Shown one piece after another: positions 1 through 9,116 of a DNA stretch of 64,000 nucleotides. The stretch is from Candidatus Kaiserbacteria bacterium (GTDB taxonomy: Bacteria > Patescibacteriota > Minisyncoccia > Phycocordibacterales > UBA918), in NCBI GenBank assembly GCA_019634005.1, contig JAHQWD010000003.1, forward strand, positions 176,539 through 240,538, read 5' to 3'. Made by a program: the position numbers and the translations under genes. Position 1 is the first letter of the stretch; each line of letters begins with the position of its first letter. Under the pieces are notes generated by a model. That model did not search any database, was not told where the DNA came from, and was given only the letters and a program-made list of their open reading frames with translations.

Positions 1-246
<246 letters not shown>

Positions 247-248
247 CC

Positions 249-491
249 ATGAAGACACTCCATCTCACCATTTCTAAAGTAGACGGACCAGTCTTTGAAG
301 GCGAGGTGCTTTCGGTGACGGTGCCAGGTACTGAAGGGGAGATGACGCTCCTTCCAGAGCACTCTGCGCTTGTGTCTCTTCTAAAGAAAGGGAACATCGT
401 CGTGCGTCCGATGGAAGGAGATGAGAAAGGGTTCGCAGTAGAGCATGGAACTGTGGAGGTGTCGGGGAACCAAGCGACTATTTTGATCTGA
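249..491 (+). CDS. atpC: ATP synthase epsilon subunit, N-terminal beta-sandwich only (80 aa)
   Basis: Follows atpD; motif VPGTEGEMTLLPEHSALVSLLKKG; no C-terminal helices. Confidence 0.9.
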   Translation: MKTLHLTISKVDGPVFEGEVLSVTVPGTEGEMTLLPEHSALVSLLKKGNIVVRPMEGDEKGFAVEHGTVEVSGNQATILI

Positions 492-523
492 ATACAGTAC
501 TTATTTGAGCGGTCTTAAAAGAC

Positions 524-552
524 TTGACAAATATTAGGGAATGCTATATACT
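524..552 (+). promoter_or_regulatory. sigma70 promoter TTGACA-17-TATACT
   Basis: TTGACA 524-529, TATACT 547-552; no ORF directly downstream. Confidence 0.85.
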
Positions 553-557
553 TGAAG

Positions 558-870
558 GGATTGGTTGGGACAAATCTGCCAATCAGTGAGCACGCTCTTG
601 AAGCGGCATTTGAAAAAATTTGTAGAACACATTGTTGGACGGGGGAATTTTTCCAGATTTATCCCTCCAACAGCATTGTGGCCGTATGAATACGGTTCAG
701 AACCTTAGTAAGATGAAGTCTGGATAGGAATATGGAATCTTGTGGAAAACTTGGTCTCAAGTTCACAAAATAATTTCGTCTTCTGAAACATGGGTGAGAC
801 CATGGATTGAACAACAGTGTTCGAAAACACACAGCCATCGCTTTGCATGCATTGCGGTGGCTTTACTTTT
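558..870 (+). ncRNA. Putative stand-alone structured ncRNA, family not recognised
   Basis: Consensus promoter, at least 7 consecutive stems, loop-loop complementarity GGTCTCA(753-759)/TGAGACC(795-801), terminator 833-870. Confidence 0.7.
833..870 (+). terminator. Intrinsic terminator
   Basis: AGCCATCGC(833-841)/GCGGTGGCT(854-862) followed by TTACTTTT. Confidence 0.7.
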
Positions 871-891
871 ATGTGTGATACACTACTGCAT

Positions 892-1347
892 ATGGTAGCA
901 GAAGGACTTCCAGCACCGACATTTAGTCTTAAAGATCAGGATGGAAACACCCATTCTCTTTCGGACTACAAAGGAAAGAAGGTGCTTTTATATTTTTATC
1001 CTAAAGACGATACGCCAGGGTGTACCACTGAGGCGTGCAACTTCCGTGATAGTTATAAAGATTTTCAATCCAAAGGACTGGCTATTCTCGGTGTGAGTGC
1101 AGACTCTGTAGAGAAGCACAAGAAGTTTGCAGAGAAATATAACCTCCCGTTTCCGCTACTTTCTGACGAAGACCACAAGGTATGCGAAGCATACGGTGTA
1201 TGGGGAGAGAAGAATTTTATGGGACGGAAATATATGGGTATCTCACGCTCTAGTTTCCTTATTGATGAAGAGGGAAATATTGGAAAGGTGTATGAAAAGG
1301 TGAAGCCGAAGGAGCATGCGGAGAAGGTGATAGGAGATCTCTCTTAG
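892..1347 (+). CDS. bcp: Thioredoxin-dependent thiol peroxidase (BCP/PrxQ)
   Basis: YFYPKDDTPGCTTEACNFRD motif; start moved to ATG 892, 7 nt after TACACT. Confidence 0.95.
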   Translation: MVAEGLPAPTFSLKDQDGNTHSLSDYKGKKVLLYFYPKDDTPGCTTEACNFRDSYKDFQSKGLAILGVSADSVEKHKKFAEKYNLPFPLLSDEDHKVCEAYGVWGEKNFMGRKYMGISRSSFLIDEEGNIGKVYEKVKPKEHAEKVIGDLS

Positions 1348-2318
1348 TACAACACATTCAAGATATTCTGCACCAATCCCTGTGTCTCATACTTCCCAAC
1401 AGAAAGCCATGTAGGAAGTCCGAGTGAACACAGCCCATCTTCATCTTTCGCAAGTGCCATACCACCAGAGTTTCCTGTATCAATCTTGGCAGATACAAAG
1501 AAGTTATGATAATCCAAAGAGCCCTCAGGCTTTAGAAGTGCGGTATCAAATCCACTAATGATTCCGTTGGACACTGCACGATAGATAGTAGAGATCTCTC
1601 CAACTCTCGGAAGTTCAAGTGTCGTATTCCGCTTTGCATATGACGGGAATCCCATCATCACCACAGGCGTTCCTGCAGGAAGAGTGCTGGGGCATGTACG
1701 AAGGTCTGCAAGGGCATAGTTATACGTCCACGCGGCCAGTGTGGTGTCATTAAGCGGTGCTCCAATAGAAAGCACTGCGGTATCGGTATCCTCATTCACA
1801 TTGTACGTAGACGTGTTTAACTCAAAAACACCGAGAGTATTGTTATTTGCATCGGTGATATGAAGAATACAAAACGCAGCATTTTCAACGACATGATCGT
1901 TAGTTACGACAGCATATGGAATGGAATCAAAGCGCCAAAGTGACCCACTTCCTGATGTAGTTCGTCCTGAAGTGTCGTCACAAAGCACTTGTACAATTCC
2001 CGTAAGGTATGGAGCAAGGTCTGCAGAAGTGATCACAATATCCTTCGGTTGCTGGGATTGTTCATCAAGTACCGCCTGAAGTTCTGAGGCATTCTCCTGT
2101 GTATCAGAGAGTTCTGCCTGAAGCGCAATAGTCTGCGCGTCTACAATACCAAGCGCTTCCAATGTCTCCGCTCTATAGAGTTCCAATTCCTCTTGTAGGG
2201 AGGCAACCTGTGCCTCTTGTCGCTCTGCGATCTCTTTATACGCAAAGATCCCTACGATGATAATCGCAAGGATCAATACAAAGAGAATAGTAATGAGGGT
2301 GTTTGCGTACTTCACCAT
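1344..2318 (-). CDS. Membrane-anchored trypsin-like serine protease
   Basis: N-terminal TM and coiled coil; triad motifs TNDHVV, DTAVL, TGNSGG. Confidence 0.8.
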   Translation of the reverse strand: MVKYANTLITILFVLILAIIIVGIFAYKEIAERQEAQVASLQEELELYRAETLEALGIVDAQTIALQAELSDTQENASELQAVLDEQSQQPKDIVITSADLAPYLTGIVQVLCDDTSGRTTSGSGSLWRFDSIPYAVVTNDHVVENAAFCILHITDANNNTLGVFELNTSTYNVNEDTDTAVLSIGAPLNDTTLAAWTYNYALADLRTCPSTLPAGTPVVMMGFPSYAKRNTTLELPRVGEISTIYRAVSNGIISGFDTALLKPEGSLDYHNFFVSAKIDTGNSGGMALAKDEDGLCSLGLPTWLSVGKYETQGLVQNILNVLY

Positions 2319-2334
2319 TAGGGGAAGTATAGCA

Positions 2335-5300
2335 TTAATCTAAGTTACCAGGCTTATTGAGGTAGATGATTGGAATCAATACCAATGTAATGATCACCGA
2401 GAAGGCGAGACCGAAGATGATTGCCCACGCAAGGGGAGACCAGAGGTCTGATACGTATGTCAGTGGAATCATACCGATCACCGTAGTAAGTGTGGTGAGA
2501 AGAATCGGACGAAGACGCGCAACAGCGGCTTCTACGACGTTTGTACGCAGGAGACGTTCTGGATGCTTTCTACGGTTTACGTTCATTTGATCAATCAGAA
2601 GAATGGAGTTATTGACCACAATACCCGAGAGCGCAATGAATCCCATGATAGAAGGGAAGGAGAGTGCCTTTCCAGTGATTGCGAGTCCCACCATAATTCC
2701 AATCAGAGAGAACGGAAGGATAGAAAGGACATAGAAGGTGTGTCGGAAAGAGTTGAACTGCAACACCAATACCGCAAGCATAAGGAGTACACCAACAATG
2801 AGTGCGAGGAACATATCACGGAATGCCTCAGCAGACTCTTCATTTTCTCCGCCAATATCAAGAGTGACGGAATCAGGGATATCTACATTGTCATAGACAC
2901 CATCAAGAAACGCAGAGGTTACCTCAACAAGGTTTCCAGTTGCCGTAAGGTCACTTGAGAGTTCAATAACACGCTCAGTATCATCATGGTTGATGACAGA
3001 ACTCGATTCTCGTACAGATACATCTGCCACCGATCCCACAAGTACTGAAGAGCCATCAGGGAGTGTCAGTGAAAGGTTCTCAAGTGCTTCAATGGTGGTA
3101 ATCGAAGTCTCTCGTGCGGTTGTGTAGTCTCGATTAAGCGCAAGCTTTACTACGATGTCAATGTCGTCAGTTGGTGTCGTGATACTTGTCGCCTCAGTAC
3201 CGTAGAGTGCAGTACGTAGTGTCGTGGCAATCGTATAGGGATTTAATCCAAGTGCCACTGCACGTGCTTTATTCAGGGTAAGCACAAACTCTGTACTGTT
3301 ATTCTGTGTTCCTGTACTTACGTTCGTCGTTCCTGGAATAGTCTTGAGATACTCTGCCGCGGCAAGGGTCGTCTCTGTCAGTTCCTCAAGATCGTCTCCC
3401 TTAAATTTCACCACAATCGGAGAGCCTGTAGGAGGGCCACCGTCAGGTTGCCCTGTACTTGTTTTGGCCTCACCAATATCGGAGAGCATGATACGGAGTT
3501 CCTCTACGATCTCAACACTTGTATGTTCCCGATCTGGGGTGAGGGTAATGAAGAAGTTTGCATACTTCTGTCCGTTTGTTCCACCACTGTTGCTTGCAAA
3601 CGCAGACGATGCACCTACTGTTGTCACGAAGGATTTAATTTCTGGGTGTGTGTAGAGAATTTCCTCCGCACGACGTGCAGAAATATCGGTTACTTCAAGT
3701 GCAGTAGCTTGTGGAAGTTCTAGTTCAGCATAGATCCAGTCAATATCCTCCTGATCAAAGAAGATAGACTTTACAACTCCCGTAATAGGAAGGGCAAGTG
3801 CCAACACAAATCCAATAACCAAGAATGTAACGAACCGAATTTTTTGCTTACGATTCTGTAGGAGTCTATCAATGCGAGTACGGTACCAGTCCTCAAGTTT
3901 ATGAGAGTAATATGCCTGCTTTTGCTCCAACTCTGTCTGGTTGCGACGCTTTAAGAAAAGAGAAGCAAAAAGAGGAATCAACCCCAGTGCCACGAGAAGG
4001 GAAGCAAAGAGCACAAAGTTAATGGTGAATGGAATAGCAGAGATAAACTGTCCAGAGACACCGCCGACAAGGAAAAGTCCCGAGAACATCGCAACGGTGG
4101 TGAGCGTTCCCGCAGTAAGTGGTGTATAGAACTCACGCACTGTTCTCAATGCTGCCTCCTTTTTATCAATGTTTGGATCCTGCTTCATTCGATGGTTAAT
4201 ACCTTCCACGACCACGATCGCAGAGTCCACCAAGATACCGACCGCCAAGATAAGGGCAAAAAGGCTCACAAAGTTGATTGTGTTTCCTGACGCATAGAGC
4301 CCAACGAAACCGATAGTAAAGGAGAGGGGAATTGCAAGACCCGCAAGTACTCCCTCGCGCCACCCAATAGCAAGGATGAGGAGGATAACCACAAGTAAGA
4401 CGGTCTGCATCCCAGACCGAGTCAGGTTCCAAAGGTCTTTTTTAATATCATTCCCAGAATCAAGAATCGTAGAGACAGTGAGTCCATCAAGAATCTCTCC
4501 AGGCTGTGAGAGTTCCGTAAGACGCTCATTCACTGATTCTGTGATTCGTGTAATATCTCCACCCCGAGACTTATACACGGACACAGAGATTGCTTTTTGT
4601 GATGGCTCCCCATTCTCACTGTAGCGAGAGAAGGTGCTTGCTTCTGCATATCCATCTTCGACGTATGCAATATCACGCACATAGACTGGTTGTCCACCAC
4701 GTGAAGCAACAGGAAGTGTTGCAATCTCTGTGGTGTCAGTGATGTCTCCTTCGAAAGCAACATTATAAATGATGCCGTTTGTGGTTACGCTTCCGACAGG
4801 TACGTTTGCATTTGCTGCAGAGATCCCGTTGACCACTTCTCCAAGAGTGAGATCAAATCGATCAAGTGCAGGCTGGTCGATAATCAAAGTCACTTCTCGA
4901 TTTCGTACACCAGCAAAGGTCACTCGGGAGACTGACGGTGTTCGTTCAAGTTGTGTCTCCAATTTATCACTGAGCGTAGAGAACTCTCCATCAGTAAGAT
5001 CGCCCGCAACCGCAATGGTCATAATCGGCTGGTCAACAAAGTTCACCTCAGAAACACGAGGGTCTTCGGCTTCAGAAGGGAGGTCAGGCAGAACAATATC
5101 AACCTTATCCTTTAGATCCTGAATCGAATCATCGATGTCTGCATCAGCCTCAAACTCTACAACGATACTCGAGACACCTTCTCGTGAACTTGAAGTAATT
5201 TTTGAGACATTCTCAAGATCCCCAGAGAGTCCCTGCTCAATTTTGTTCGTAATTAGCGACTCAATGTCTGCAGCCGCTGCACCAGGAAGGACAGTCGTTA

Positions 5301-5442
5301 CGACACCAACAGGTACCTGCACTTCTGGGGCAGATTCCTTGGAGATAGATGAGATAGAGAAAATCCCCGCTGCCGCAAGCGAGATGAGAAGCAGGAAACT
5401 GAACCTATTTTGTGTAATGAAGAATTTCCAGAAAGAATACAT
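2335..5442 (-). CDS. RND efflux permease (AcrB/AcrD/AcrF family)
   Basis: 1035 aa; GILVDSAIVVVE, GIVVNNSILL, RLRPILLTTLTT motifs. Confidence 0.95.
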   Translation of the reverse strand: MYSFWKFFITQNRFSFLLLISLAAAGIFSISSISKESAPEVQVPVGVVTTVLPGAAAADIESLITNKIEQGLSGDLENVSKITSSSREGVSSIVVEFEADADIDDSIQDLKDKVDIVLPDLPSEAEDPRVSEVNFVDQPIMTIAVAGDLTDGEFSTLSDKLETQLERTPSVSRVTFAGVRNREVTLIIDQPALDRFDLTLGEVVNGISAANANVPVGSVTTNGIIYNVAFEGDITDTTEIATLPVASRGGQPVYVRDIAYVEDGYAEASTFSRYSENGEPSQKAISVSVYKSRGGDITRITESVNERLTELSQPGEILDGLTVSTILDSGNDIKKDLWNLTRSGMQTVLLVVILLILAIGWREGVLAGLAIPLSFTIGFVGLYASGNTINFVSLFALILAVGILVDSAIVVVEGINHRMKQDPNIDKKEAALRTVREFYTPLTAGTLTTVAMFSGLFLVGGVSGQFISAIPFTINFVLFASLLVALGLIPLFASLFLKRRNQTELEQKQAYYSHKLEDWYRTRIDRLLQNRKQKIRFVTFLVIGFVLALALPITGVVKSIFFDQEDIDWIYAELELPQATALEVTDISARRAEEILYTHPEIKSFVTTVGASSAFASNSGGTNGQKYANFFITLTPDREHTSVEIVEELRIMLSDIGEAKTSTGQPDGGPPTGSPIVVKFKGDDLEELTETTLAAAEYLKTIPGTTNVSTGTQNNSTEFVLTLNKARAVALGLNPYTIATTLRTALYGTEATSITTPTDDIDIVVKLALNRDYTTARETSITTIEALENLSLTLPDGSSVLVGSVADVSVRESSSVINHDDTERVIELSSDLTATGNLVEVTSAFLDGVYDNVDIPDSVTLDIGGENEESAEAFRDMFLALIVGVLLMLAVLVLQFNSFRHTFYVLSILPFSLIGIMVGLAITGKALSFPSIMGFIALSGIVVNNSILLIDQMNVNRRKHPERLLRTNVVEAAVARLRPILLTTLTTVIGMIPLTYVSDLWSPLAWAIIFGLAFSVIITLVLIPIIYLNKPGNLD

Positions 5443-5448
5443 AGATAA

Positions 5449-6939
5449 CTACTCAGTTATACGGACACGCTGTCCGTCTGCTAACCCACGTGCATCAAGT
5501 ACGATGTTCCAATCTGGATTGATACCAGAGACAATCTCTACAGTATCGCTCTGTATATCACCAAGTTCTACTTCGTGTGCAACGAGCCTTTCATCTTCAA
5601 TGGTGAAGACATATGCCGTTGTCGTGGTGAGTTTAATTGCAGGAAGGGGTACACGAAGGACATCAAGTGGTTCACTCTCAGATATCTCAATCTCTGGATT
5701 GATAGAAAGTGACACAGAATCTCCGTTGGTCAGTTCTTCGCTCTCGATCTGAATCTGCACCTCGACTTTTCCTGTTGCTGGGTCAATGGCTGGGGCAACA
5801 CGGGAAACCGAACCTTCAAGATCCTTGTTAATAACAACGGGAGTGCCTACCGCAACACGGTCGCGCTCGTTTGCATTGATGTACGCGGTAATCTTCAGCG
5901 CATTGTTGTTTGCTATGTCTGCAATGGAATCAAAGGTATTCACAAAGTCACCCGCCTGCACTGCGACTCTATTCACCGTCCCCGCGATAGGTGTAGTGAT
6001 AACCGTCTTGTTGTATGCAGCCTGTGCTGCCTTAAGTCTTCCCAATGCCTGCTTCACGGCCGCATCGTTTGATGAAGTACCACTTTCTGATACCGCAATA
6101 TCATTGAGTGCAGTATCAATGTCCTGAATTGCTCCAGCAAGAGCATTACGCGCAGAGAGGAAAGCTGCCTCAGTTGTATCCTTTGTAGTCTGCGTGAAAG
6201 AACTGGTGACATCTTGACGAGAGACGATATATGCAATCTCTTCTACAAAGTTTGCGATACGTACTGTGTCGGTGCGCAATCCTTGCAGCTCTTGACCCAC
6301 GTTTGCTGCGGTAACGGTATTCTGTACTCCTGCAAGTGTGTCGAGAATATTCTCGATTGCGACACGCTCCTGTCCTAATTCTGGTGCACGGCCTAATCCG
6401 TCAAGGCGAAAGCCAGGGTACTGGGTGGTTGGACGGCTGAACTGGTCATCTACCGTATTACGCACGATAGAGTCGAGCGTAATATATACATCTTTGTACG
6501 TACTCACGGCATCAATAGTTGTTCCTGTGTTTGAGGCAAGCGCAGCCTCATAAGACCCCTCTGCTTGGAGAAGGGCGGCGTACTCGTCTGCATTTTCGAT
6601 CTGCGCGATTGTTTGCCCCGCACGCACCGTATCACCAATTGCTACTGACACTGAAGTGATTCGTCCTGAGGTCTCTGCCTCAAGTCGCGCCTCATCCACA
6701 GACTCTACAGTACCAATGAGTGCAATATTTCCTTCACGAGCAAGTTCGTTGACCGCTTTCAGTGAGACTTGCGGGAACTCGTTCTTTAGTTCGTTTATTT
6801 CCTCTACAGGTTCTCCGCCTGAAAAAGCGACAAAGAGAAGAATGATAACAACGATGGCGATGATAAGAGATCGCTTTTTGTGTGTACCTACAGTGTTCTT
6901 TATTCGAGTAATCATAATATTATGTGTTAATACCGTCAC
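5449..6939 (-). CDS. RND membrane fusion/adaptor protein with long helical hairpin
   Basis: N-terminal TM, lipoyl-like halves (SGRITSVSVAIGDTVRAGQ; ITTPIAGTV), upstream of the RND permease; start could be 6915. Confidence 0.9.
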   Translation of the reverse strand: MTVLTHNIMITRIKNTVGTHKKRSLIIAIVVIILLFVAFSGGEPVEEINELKNEFPQVSLKAVNELAREGNIALIGTVESVDEARLEAETSGRITSVSVAIGDTVRAGQTIAQIENADEYAALLQAEGSYEAALASNTGTTIDAVSTYKDVYITLDSIVRNTVDDQFSRPTTQYPGFRLDGLGRAPELGQERVAIENILDTLAGVQNTVTAANVGQELQGLRTDTVRIANFVEEIAYIVSRQDVTSSFTQTTKDTTEAAFLSARNALAGAIQDIDTALNDIAVSESGTSSNDAAVKQALGRLKAAQAAYNKTVITTPIAGTVNRVAVQAGDFVNTFDSIADIANNNALKITAYINANERDRVAVGTPVVINKDLEGSVSRVAPAIDPATGKVEVQIQIESEELTNGDSVSLSINPEIEISESEPLDVLRVPLPAIKLTTTTAYVFTIEDERLVAHEVELGDIQSDTVEIVSGINPDWNIVLDARGLADGQRVRITE

Positions 6940-7351
6940 TTATTTTCTTATGTAATGTTGCGAGCGTCTTCAACTCACTGTCGGACAATGGCGCAAAGGT
7001 TTTTGCCATATTCGTAGCCATTATACGTTCCATCTCTCCAAATTGTTCCTGACAATGTGGAGAGAGATGAAGATGGAAGAGGCGTTTATCTTGTTCATCA
7101 ACAACACGCTTCACCAGCCCTGCTTGTTCCAAGTTTTTAATCATTTGACTCACAGCACTCACCGTCACATCCAGCCGGTCCGCTAGTTCCTTTGTGCTAA
7201 TACCATCCTCGTCAAATATGGTATGTATCACCACCCACTCGGCAGGGGAAGAGATCGGAAGATCTTTTGGCAGTTGAGACAGACAACTAGAGACCTGCTT
7301 CTTTGTCTTTCGGATACTTTCAATAATAGACTTTATATATTCATCGCGCAT
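6920..7351 (-). CDS. MarR-family transcriptional regulator
   Basis: wHTH ELADRLDVTVSAVSQMIKNLEQAGLVKR..DKR. Confidence 0.92.
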   Translation of the reverse strand: MRDEYIKSIIESIRKTKKQVSSCLSQLPKDLPISSPAEWVVIHTIFDEDGISTKELADRLDVTVSAVSQMIKNLEQAGLVKRVVDEQDKRLFHLHLSPHCQEQFGEMERIMATNMAKTFAPLSDSELKTLATLHKKISDGINT

Positions 7352-7354
7352 ATG

Positions 7355-7382
7355 GTTAAGTAGATTATATAAGTAACTTAAC
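7355..7382. promoter_or_regulatory. Putative MarR operator overlapping marR -10
   Basis: Inverted repeat GTTAAGT(7355-7361)/ACTTAAC(7376-7382) flanking minus-strand TATAAT (7364-7369). Confidence 0.6.
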
Positions 7383-7442
7383 TAATTGGGGGGCTTTGTC
7401 AATGTGTGTTGTGTACAGCGTCTGTGGTATCATAGCGCACAT

Positions 7443-7730
7443 ATGTTTGGAAAGATAAAAAGTTTTGCAACACGTAAGTTGCTTGAAAAGCAGATGAAAG
7501 ATGCTCCAAAAGAGCAACAAGAGATGGTAATGAAGATGTTCGAGCAGGATCCAGAACTGCTTGAGACCATCTCTAAAGAGATTGAAGCAGAGACCAAGAA
7601 AGGGCTCTCCCAGATGCAGGCTTCGATGAAAGTGATGCCAAAATATCAGGCACGTCTACAGAAACTTATGGGAGGACAGATGGGGCGTACTCCACAGGGG
7701 TTTAACCCGAATGGGACAATACGGAAATAG
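7443..7730 (+). CDS. Small helical hypothetical protein
   Basis: Met/Gln/Lys-rich 95-aa ORF; ATG 7443 follows TGGTATCAT. Confidence 0.7.
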   Translation: MFGKIKSFATRKLLEKQMKDAPKEQQEMVMKMFEQDPELLETISKEIEAETKKGLSQMQASMKVMPKYQARLQKLMGGQMGRTPQGFNPNGTIRK

Positions 7731-7940
7731 TGTGGTACGGTAAAGTCTGTTGTCAACAAAAGGAGAGAAAGATGGAATCCATCTTCGCAATCGCTGGCTA
7801 GTCATCCGAAGCATATGAAGACGTCAGGGCAGCGGCCCGGCCAGAGAGATCTCTGAGCGATATTGTTCCTTCAGGGATTTCCACCCTTCCTTTCAACCCG
7901 GCCTCGCCTTGTGCGAGGCCTCTGTTATACTAGAGAACAT

Positions 7941-8522
7941 ATGGAAACAAAAAAGATACTTGTATTGCTTGGAAATGAAGATAAGGAGACATACACTGGT
8001 TCACTTGCAGATCTGTATGAACAGTCTGCGCGTGAGGCGGGACATGAGGTAAAACGTTTTAATATCGGAGACATGCAGTTTGATCCAATCCTGCATAAAG
8101 GATACAAAGTGATCCAAGAATTGGAACCAGACCTTCTTGCACTCCAAGAAGCATGGAAATGGGCTGACCACACACTCATTGTGTATCCAAACTGGTGGAA
8201 TACTATGCCTGCAATCCTTAAGGGACTCTTTGACCGTTTCTGGCTCCCAGGATTTGCATTTAACTTTGAAAAACCAAGCGGGAAACTTATTCAACACCTT
8301 AAAGGAAAGACCGCACGCGTGATCATTGTTGCGGGAACACATAGTCCATTCCAGACATGGTGGAAGTATGGAGACTATACCAATGAGATTAAGGAGGGAA
8401 TCTTAGAGTTTGCAGGGATCAAGACAAAGGTAACTGCGTTTGGACCACATCACTTTATGGATGAGAAGGCACATGCGAAGTGGGAAGATAAGGTGCGAAA
8501 GTTTGGAACAAAGGGAATCTAG
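7941..8522 (+). CDS. NAD(P)H-dependent oxidoreductase, flavodoxin-2 (MdaB/KefF-like) family
   Basis: WADHTLIVYPNWWNTMPAILKGLFDR motif; ATG 7941 follows TATACT. Confidence 0.9.
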   Translation: METKKILVLLGNEDKETYTGSLADLYEQSAREAGHEVKRFNIGDMQFDPILHKGYKVIQELEPDLLALQEAWKWADHTLIVYPNWWNTMPAILKGLFDRFWLPGFAFNFEKPSGKLIQHLKGKTARVIIVAGTHSPFQTWWKYGDYTNEIKEGILEFAGIKTKVTAFGPHHFMDEKAHAKWEDKVRKFGTKGI

Positions 8523-8589
8523 TTGACTCCTCGCTTGAAAAGAGTATAAAGAAGACAAAGTTCCTTGTGATAGAAGAAAGGATGGACGG

Positions 8590-9054
8590 ATGGAACTTCA
8601 CTCACTGGACGATACAGACACACGAGGATTACTCCTTAGCAAGAGAGTGAGTCTCACAAGCGATCTCACATGTTTCGTTGAGGACTACAAGGGGAAGTTT
8701 GAAGGTCGTAGCCACCTCATACGGTTGGTGCCTGTCCCTCAGGATTCCGTGCAAGAGTTCAAACAAGGTTTCCCCCAAGACACACACAATCGTGATAATT
8801 TTTTGCCTCTGCACCGTCTTGTCTGCAATGTTGCCTTTATCGCACAGATTCATTTCAGTCGCGAACGGCACCCGCTTCTGAATGATAAAGATTCCGCCTT
8901 CGTCTTTCCTTTCAGGAATGGCGAGCAATCTTTCAAAGCTATTAAGGTGCGGACATACTATGTTTCTGGTGGCAGGAAGAAGTGTCGCGTAGAATCAAGT
9001 CCGTTTCCTTACGGACTTAACGGCGGAGAGCGGATGGTGGAGATTGTACGTTGA
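8590..9054 (+). CDS. Hypothetical protein (ORFan)
   Basis: Own promoter TTGACT-16-TATAAA (8523-8550), purine-rich RBS, downstream terminator. Confidence 0.55.
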   Translation: MELHSLDDTDTRGLLLSKRVSLTSDLTCFVEDYKGKFEGRSHLIRLVPVPQDSVQEFKQGFPQDTHNRDNFLPLHRLVCNVAFIAQIHFSRERHPLLNDKDSAFVFPFRNGEQSFKAIKVRTYYVSGGRKKCRVESSPFPYGLNGGERMVEIVR

Positions 9055-9064
9055 GGATAGAAGC

Positions 9065-9094
9065 AAGATCCCGCGCAGTGGCGCGGGATCTTTT
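9065..9094 (+). terminator. Intrinsic terminator
   Basis: AAGATCCCGCGC-agtg-GCGCGGGATCTT followed by TT. Confidence 0.85.
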
Positions 9095-9116
9095 CGTGTG
9101 CTACGCTACTTCGCAT

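Noticed and set aside
680-724. Resemblance to group II intron domain V (GCCGTAT..TACGGTTC) or group I R/S elements (GTTCAGA.., AAGATGAAGTC)
   Set aside because: Hairpin too short for domain V and lacks the AGC/CGC triad; P7 pairing and P8 spacing fail; no interrupted host gene
817-891. ORF-track N-terminal extension of BCP, and similar extensions of ychF, alaS, dnaJ, ftsW, gltX and the exonuclease
   Set aside because: Extensions run through terminators, promoters or upstream genes; downstream ATGs match family N-termini
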